Assembly: GCA_043760135.1 (NCBI GenBank)
Contig: JAYUPL010000005.1
Coordinates: forward strand, 1-59,193
From: Candidatus Parcubacteria bacterium
GTDB taxonomy: Bacteria; Patescibacteriota; Minisyncoccia; Phycocordibacterales; CAIZLB01
DNA length: 59,193 nt
Direction of reading: 5' to 3'
The position numbers and the translations under genes are program-made. This document shows, in pieces, positions 55,744 to 59,193 of this stretch. The stretch's first letter is position 1. The number at the start of each line of letters is the position of its first letter. Below the pieces are notes generated by a model. That model ran no database searches and had not been told where the DNA came from. It saw only the letters and a list, made by a program, of their open reading frames with translations.

Positions 55744-57039
55744 TTAGAATAAGTCATCTCCGGTAACACTTCCCACTCTTTTATTATAGTTAACCGATCT
55801 TTTTACAAAGAAGTCTCCGTGTTTAGTTGTCATAATTTCATCATCGAACCAATCTGTTTGATCAAGCAATGCTTGGTTAGTCTCGAATATATTTGTGAAA
55901 CCAAGAGATTTGAGTGAGTTGTTGAATCTATTTTTTACAAATTCTTTAACAACCGCTGATGGCATAAAATCCAACTCTCCTTTTTCAAAAATCCAATCTA
56001 TGATCTTCTCTTCTGCCGCATAAGCCTCCTTACAAATATCTATCACACTTTGTTCATAATCTTCATCAAACCAAGTTGGATTTTCCGTTTTTATGATTTT
56101 CATCAAGTCTATCCCAAATAACCCATGTAATTGCTCTTCTTTTGATGTGGCTTCGATCACATTAGACATCCCTCTGAACATTGATTTATGCTTGTTGAAG
56201 GACATAATAATCAAGAATTGTGAGAATAGTGACACATGCTCTATAAATAACGAGAAAAGAAGCAGTGTTTTTGAATAATCTTTAGGATCATCAGATCTAG
56301 AGTGAGCAATAGCCTTCTCGATATAGTTCACACGATCCATAATAGCTGGAATATTTTTTATATTCTCAAACTCGTGATTAAGACCTAATAAATCCAAAAG
56401 GTTGGCATATGCATCCATGTGACGAACCTCTGACTCAGCAAAAGTTGCACCTACAGATCCAATCTCCGGTATTGGTATTTTTTTATATACATCACCCCAA
56501 AAAGTTTTTACAGATACTTCAACTTGAGCAATAGCAAGCATTGCATTTTTAATAGCCGATCTCTCAACATCGTTAATGTTGGCCATATAGTCATGGATAT
56601 CTGATGTAAAGTTAAACTCTGTGTGCAGCCAATATGAATGTCTAATACCATCAACATATTCTAATAATTCTGGGTACTCATAAGGCTTTAGAGTTAATCT
56701 TTTCTTGAAAATATCTTTCTTTCTAAGCTCTGCTCGTTTACTACGATACAAAATATAGGCTTTAGCAGTAAGATGTAAATCTGATTCCATCAAGATAACC
56801 TCTACTGTATCTTGTATACTTTCAACAGACGGGATATGACCCTCTTCGGTGTACTCTGTCTCTATTCTTTCAACCACTTTTTTAGCAACATCTTGAGCCA
56901 CTGCTCTCTCAAACTCACCAGCCTCTTTTAAAGCTTTTGAGATAGCTGTAACAATCTTATCGGAATTAAAATCAACAATCGAATTGTCTCTCTTAAGGAT
57001 AAAATTTATTTTTGGGCTGCGATTGTTAGTGCTTGTCAT
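55744..57039 (-). CDS. nrdB: class I ribonucleotide reductase beta subunit with N-terminal ATP-cone
   Basis: 431 aa. Residues 10 to about 100 are ATP-cone-like (ILKRDNSIVDFNSDKIVTAISKA...). The ferritin-like core has ESEVRHMDAY (E..H plus Tyr) and KEEQLHG. Confidence 0.9.
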   Translation of the reverse strand: MTSTNNRSPKINFILKRDNSIVDFNSDKIVTAISKALKEAGEFERAVAQDVAKKVVERIETEYTEEGHIPSVESIQDTVEVILMESDLHLTAKAYILYRSKRAELRKKDIFKKRLTLKPYEYPELLEYVDGIRHSYWLHTEFNFTSDIHDYMANINDVERSAIKNAMLAIAQVEVSVKTFWGDVYKKIPIPEIGSVGATFAESEVRHMDAYANLLDLLGLNHEFENIKNIPAIMDRVNYIEKAIAHSRSDDPKDYSKTLLLFSLFIEHVSLFSQFLIIMSFNKHKSMFRGMSNVIEATSKEEQLHGLFGIDLMKIIKTENPTWFDEDYEQSVIDICKEAYAAEEKIIDWIFEKGELDFMPSAVVKEFVKNRFNNSLKSLGFTNIFETNQALLDQTDWFDDEIMTTKHGDFFVKRSVNYNKRVGSVTGDDLF

Positions 57040-57246
57040 ACTTATATATATAATAACATTAATTTTAGGTTAAATAATAGTCAAAAATTGGCTTTAAAAT
57101 TCAGGACAGAAAGTTTTCAGATGGCAAACACTGCCTAGAAAACCTTTTATATAGTTAACTTTTCGGAAATCACCAACTAGTCAACTTTACAAAGTACAGT
57201 ACATGAATTATAAATTTTTTAAGTGCCTTTTTCTACTGTTTAGCAA

Positions 57247-57322
57247 GTTTATGAGTGAGCCGACCCGCAGGAATTTTCTGAAGAAAATTTTGAGGACTTC
57301 TCGGCGGAACGAAGAGACGAGC
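57247..57322 (+). repeat. E2 structured repeat, copy b
   Basis: Matches 21745-21822 and abuts or overlaps the stop codon of the LOG-like gene. The + strand reads ATG (57251) MSEPTRRNFLKKILRTSRRNEETS TAA (57325). Confidence 0.8.
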
Positions 57323-57939
57323 TAAACCATCTCCCCTCTCTGTTGCCTAATCATGTCCATCATTTTTCTAACTAAAACTTTAGGATCCTTTTCAAAAACA
57401 ATGTATGGATTTTGTCGATGACTTTTCTCTATAATTATTTTTAACAACTCATCTGTCTCCCATCCATCACTTTGAAGTATTCCAAGAGGTTTTCCATCTT
57501 CATAGGCAATGGTAAATTCGTGTATTGTTCCAATACGTCCAGGGCCTATAATAATAGCATCACATGAGCGAGTAAAAATAAGATCTCTTCCCGGAAAACC
57601 AAAACCAGTAAACGTAACAAGATCCATATAATCTAACGGTAGTCTATATATATCAGTGTGTTCTTTAGGACTTATTGCTGGGGAATAGCCAACAGATAAT
57701 CCACCAGCTTGTTTTGCACCTTGAGCGGCCCAATATGGAAAACCTGATGAGGCACCTGTTACTACCATGCCCCCTTGAGCAACTATTTCCTTCCCTAAAT
57801 CTTTAGCAAGTTCATATGACTCTTGTTTTAAAAAACTTCCGTCGGCTGTTGATGATACTCCGATCTTTGGAGTAAGATATGCATTCTTAATATCATGTTG
57901 CATTGTGCTGATTACTTTCATATTGCTATATTCTAACAC
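57322..57939 (-). CDS. LOG/TIGR00725-family (Rossmann, PGGxGTxxE-type) protein
   Basis: 205 aa with VVTGASSG and IIGPGRIGTIHEF motifs. Confidence 0.75.
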   Translation of the reverse strand: MLEYSNMKVISTMQHDIKNAYLTPKIGVSSTADGSFLKQESYELAKDLGKEIVAQGGMVVTGASSGFPYWAAQGAKQAGGLSVGYSPAISPKEHTDIYRLPLDYMDLVTFTGFGFPGRDLIFTRSCDAIIIGPGRIGTIHEFTIAYEDGKPLGILQSDGWETDELLKIIIEKSHRQNPYIVFEKDPKVLVRKMMDMIRQQRGEMV

Positions 57940-58052
57940 AAAAAGTTTTTCTTCTAAAGTGAAAATAAAAAATGAGTAAACTTTTTCGTTTGCCTCATTT
58001 TTTATGCGACTTGTTTTGATTCATCAAAACAGAAGTGCCCTTGTGGTAAGCT

Positions 58053-59042
58053 TTATTTTGTACAATCGTTCACAACAACCTTCCCTTCTAAGAAATTTAT
58101 TATATTTTCTGCAGCAACTGTTGACATAATATTTCTTGCTTTAATACTTGCTGATGCAATATGTGGAGTTAAGATAACATTTCCAAGCTTTGTTAAACCT
58201 TTTGTTACTTTAGGCTCAAATTCAAACACATCCAACCCTGCCCCAGCAATCTTATTCTCCTTAAGTGCCTGACATAAGTATTTTTCATCAACAACTGGAC
58301 CTCGTGAGGTGTTAATAATGAAAGCATCCTTTTTCATCTTAGAGATAAAGTCTCGATTAACCATGTGGTAGGTTGAATCATTTAAGGGAACATGAAGAGA
58401 TATAATATCAGCTTGTTTAATAAGCTCATCCATAGTTTCGAGTTTGATAGCACCACAATCACGCTCTATATTCTCATTTTTATGTTGATCAAAATACACT
58501 ATCTTACACCCAAAGCCTTTATTGAATGTGTACGAAACTTTCTCACCTATTCTTCCCGCCCCTACAATACCAACAGTTTTTTCACTCACATCATGCCCGA
58601 TCATCAGCATTGGATCCCAACCTTTATATCTTCCTTTTCGTACAAAATGATCAGCTTCAGCAATACGATTACACAAAGATAGAGTCATTGATACCACATG
58701 CTCTGCAATAGATCCCATATAATCACCTGGTGTATTAGTAACCATGATTCCTCGTGCATAAGCTTCTTTTACATCCACATTGTCATATCCTATGGCATAA
58801 TTTGAAACCATTTTTAACGATGGTGCAACATCAAATACAGTTTTATCTATCTTGTCTGTTAGTAAGGTTACCAATATATTATAAGGTTCACCTTTTTTCT
58901 CAGCTTTTTGTAAAATTTTTATAATATCTTTTTGTGATACAGGTTCTTTATCTTTTCCAACGGAAACGATGTAACCTTTTTCTTGTAACATTTGTATACC
59001 GATTTCTGGTATTTCTCTCGTTATATATATTCTGTTTTGCAT
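58053..59042 (-). CDS. D-isomer-specific 2-hydroxyacid dehydrogenase (glyoxylate/hydroxypyruvate reductase-like)
   Basis: GIVGAGRIGEKV NAD motif and catalytic R...E...H (TPHIASAS). Start set at MQNRIYITREIP. The ORF in the track extends to 59078. Confidence 0.9.
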   Translation of the reverse strand: MQNRIYITREIPEIGIQMLQEKGYIVSVGKDKEPVSQKDIIKILQKAEKKGEPYNILVTLLTDKIDKTVFDVAPSLKMVSNYAIGYDNVDVKEAYARGIMVTNTPGDYMGSIAEHVVSMTLSLCNRIAEADHFVRKGRYKGWDPMLMIGHDVSEKTVGIVGAGRIGEKVSYTFNKGFGCKIVYFDQHKNENIERDCGAIKLETMDELIKQADIISLHVPLNDSTYHMVNRDFISKMKKDAFIINTSRGPVVDEKYLCQALKENKIAGAGLDVFEFEPKVTKGLTKLGNVILTPHIASASIKARNIMSTVAAENIINFLEGKVVVNDCTK

Positions 59043-59060
59043 ATGTTTTTTATTATACCA

Positions 59061-59091
59061 GAAAAACCGAAACACCACCTTTCGGTGATGT
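59061..59091 (-). terminator. probable terminator of the upstream partial gene
   Basis: The minus strand reads ACATCACC-GAAA-GGTGGTGT followed by TTCGGTTTTTC. Confidence 0.55.
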
Positions 59092-59120
59092 CTTTTAATA
59101 TATTCAAATCATATCTTCAA

Positions 59121-59193
59121 CTAATTCCCCACCATCCCTCTCGTCATCGGTCCGAAGTATCCAGTGGCAGTAGATATACCACGGGATGCTTGG
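59121..59193 (-). CDS. 3' end of a third peptidoglycan-binding-domain protein (partial, runs off the window)
   Basis: Hand translation gives ...QASRGISTATGYFGPMTRGMVGN-stop, matching the GYFGPMTR C-terminus of the 375-aa protein. Confidence 0.55.
   Translation of the reverse strand, partial: QASRGISTATGYFGPMTRGMVGN

Overview
This is an AT-rich, gene-dense window. By hand count most genes are about 30% G+C, and nearly all lie on the minus strand. The content fits a reduced-genome Patescibacteria/CPR-like bacterium (inference). Housekeeping genes include uvrA, uvrB, rsmI, radC and pyk. A rearranged dcw set is present (mraY-ftsW-murG, then mraZ-rsmH-ftsL-ftsI), followed by scpAB and pentose-phosphate genes (transketolase N-half, rpe, rpiB). 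Also present are gap, def, gatB, obg, rnc, a NusB-Nudix fusion, rpmF, dnaE, tgt, rplI, infC-rpmI-rplT, class I RNR (cone-less NrdA plus ATP-cone NrdB) and one type-II tRNA. I saw no CRISPR array, transposase, integrase or rRNA. The most unusual features are listed here. (1) Six dispersed single-gene cassettes of about 45-58% G+C sit between AT-rich core genes, each with its own GC-rich terminator. They encode orphan proteins that mostly end in a basic K/R patch. (2) Two families of about 80-100 bp structured intergenic repeats occur: E1 as inverted copies 29.3 kb apart with a compensatory stem change, and E2 as a hairpin that also reads as a twin-arginine-like micropeptide. (3) A tRNA-Ser appears to carry anticodon ACU and is followed by a tRNA-end-bracketed remnant. 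(4) Extended -10 promoters sit 6-7 nt from start codons, implying leaderless mRNAs. (5) A surface/exopolysaccharide locus is present. All calls come from reading the sequence and ORF translations by eye, and no database search was run.
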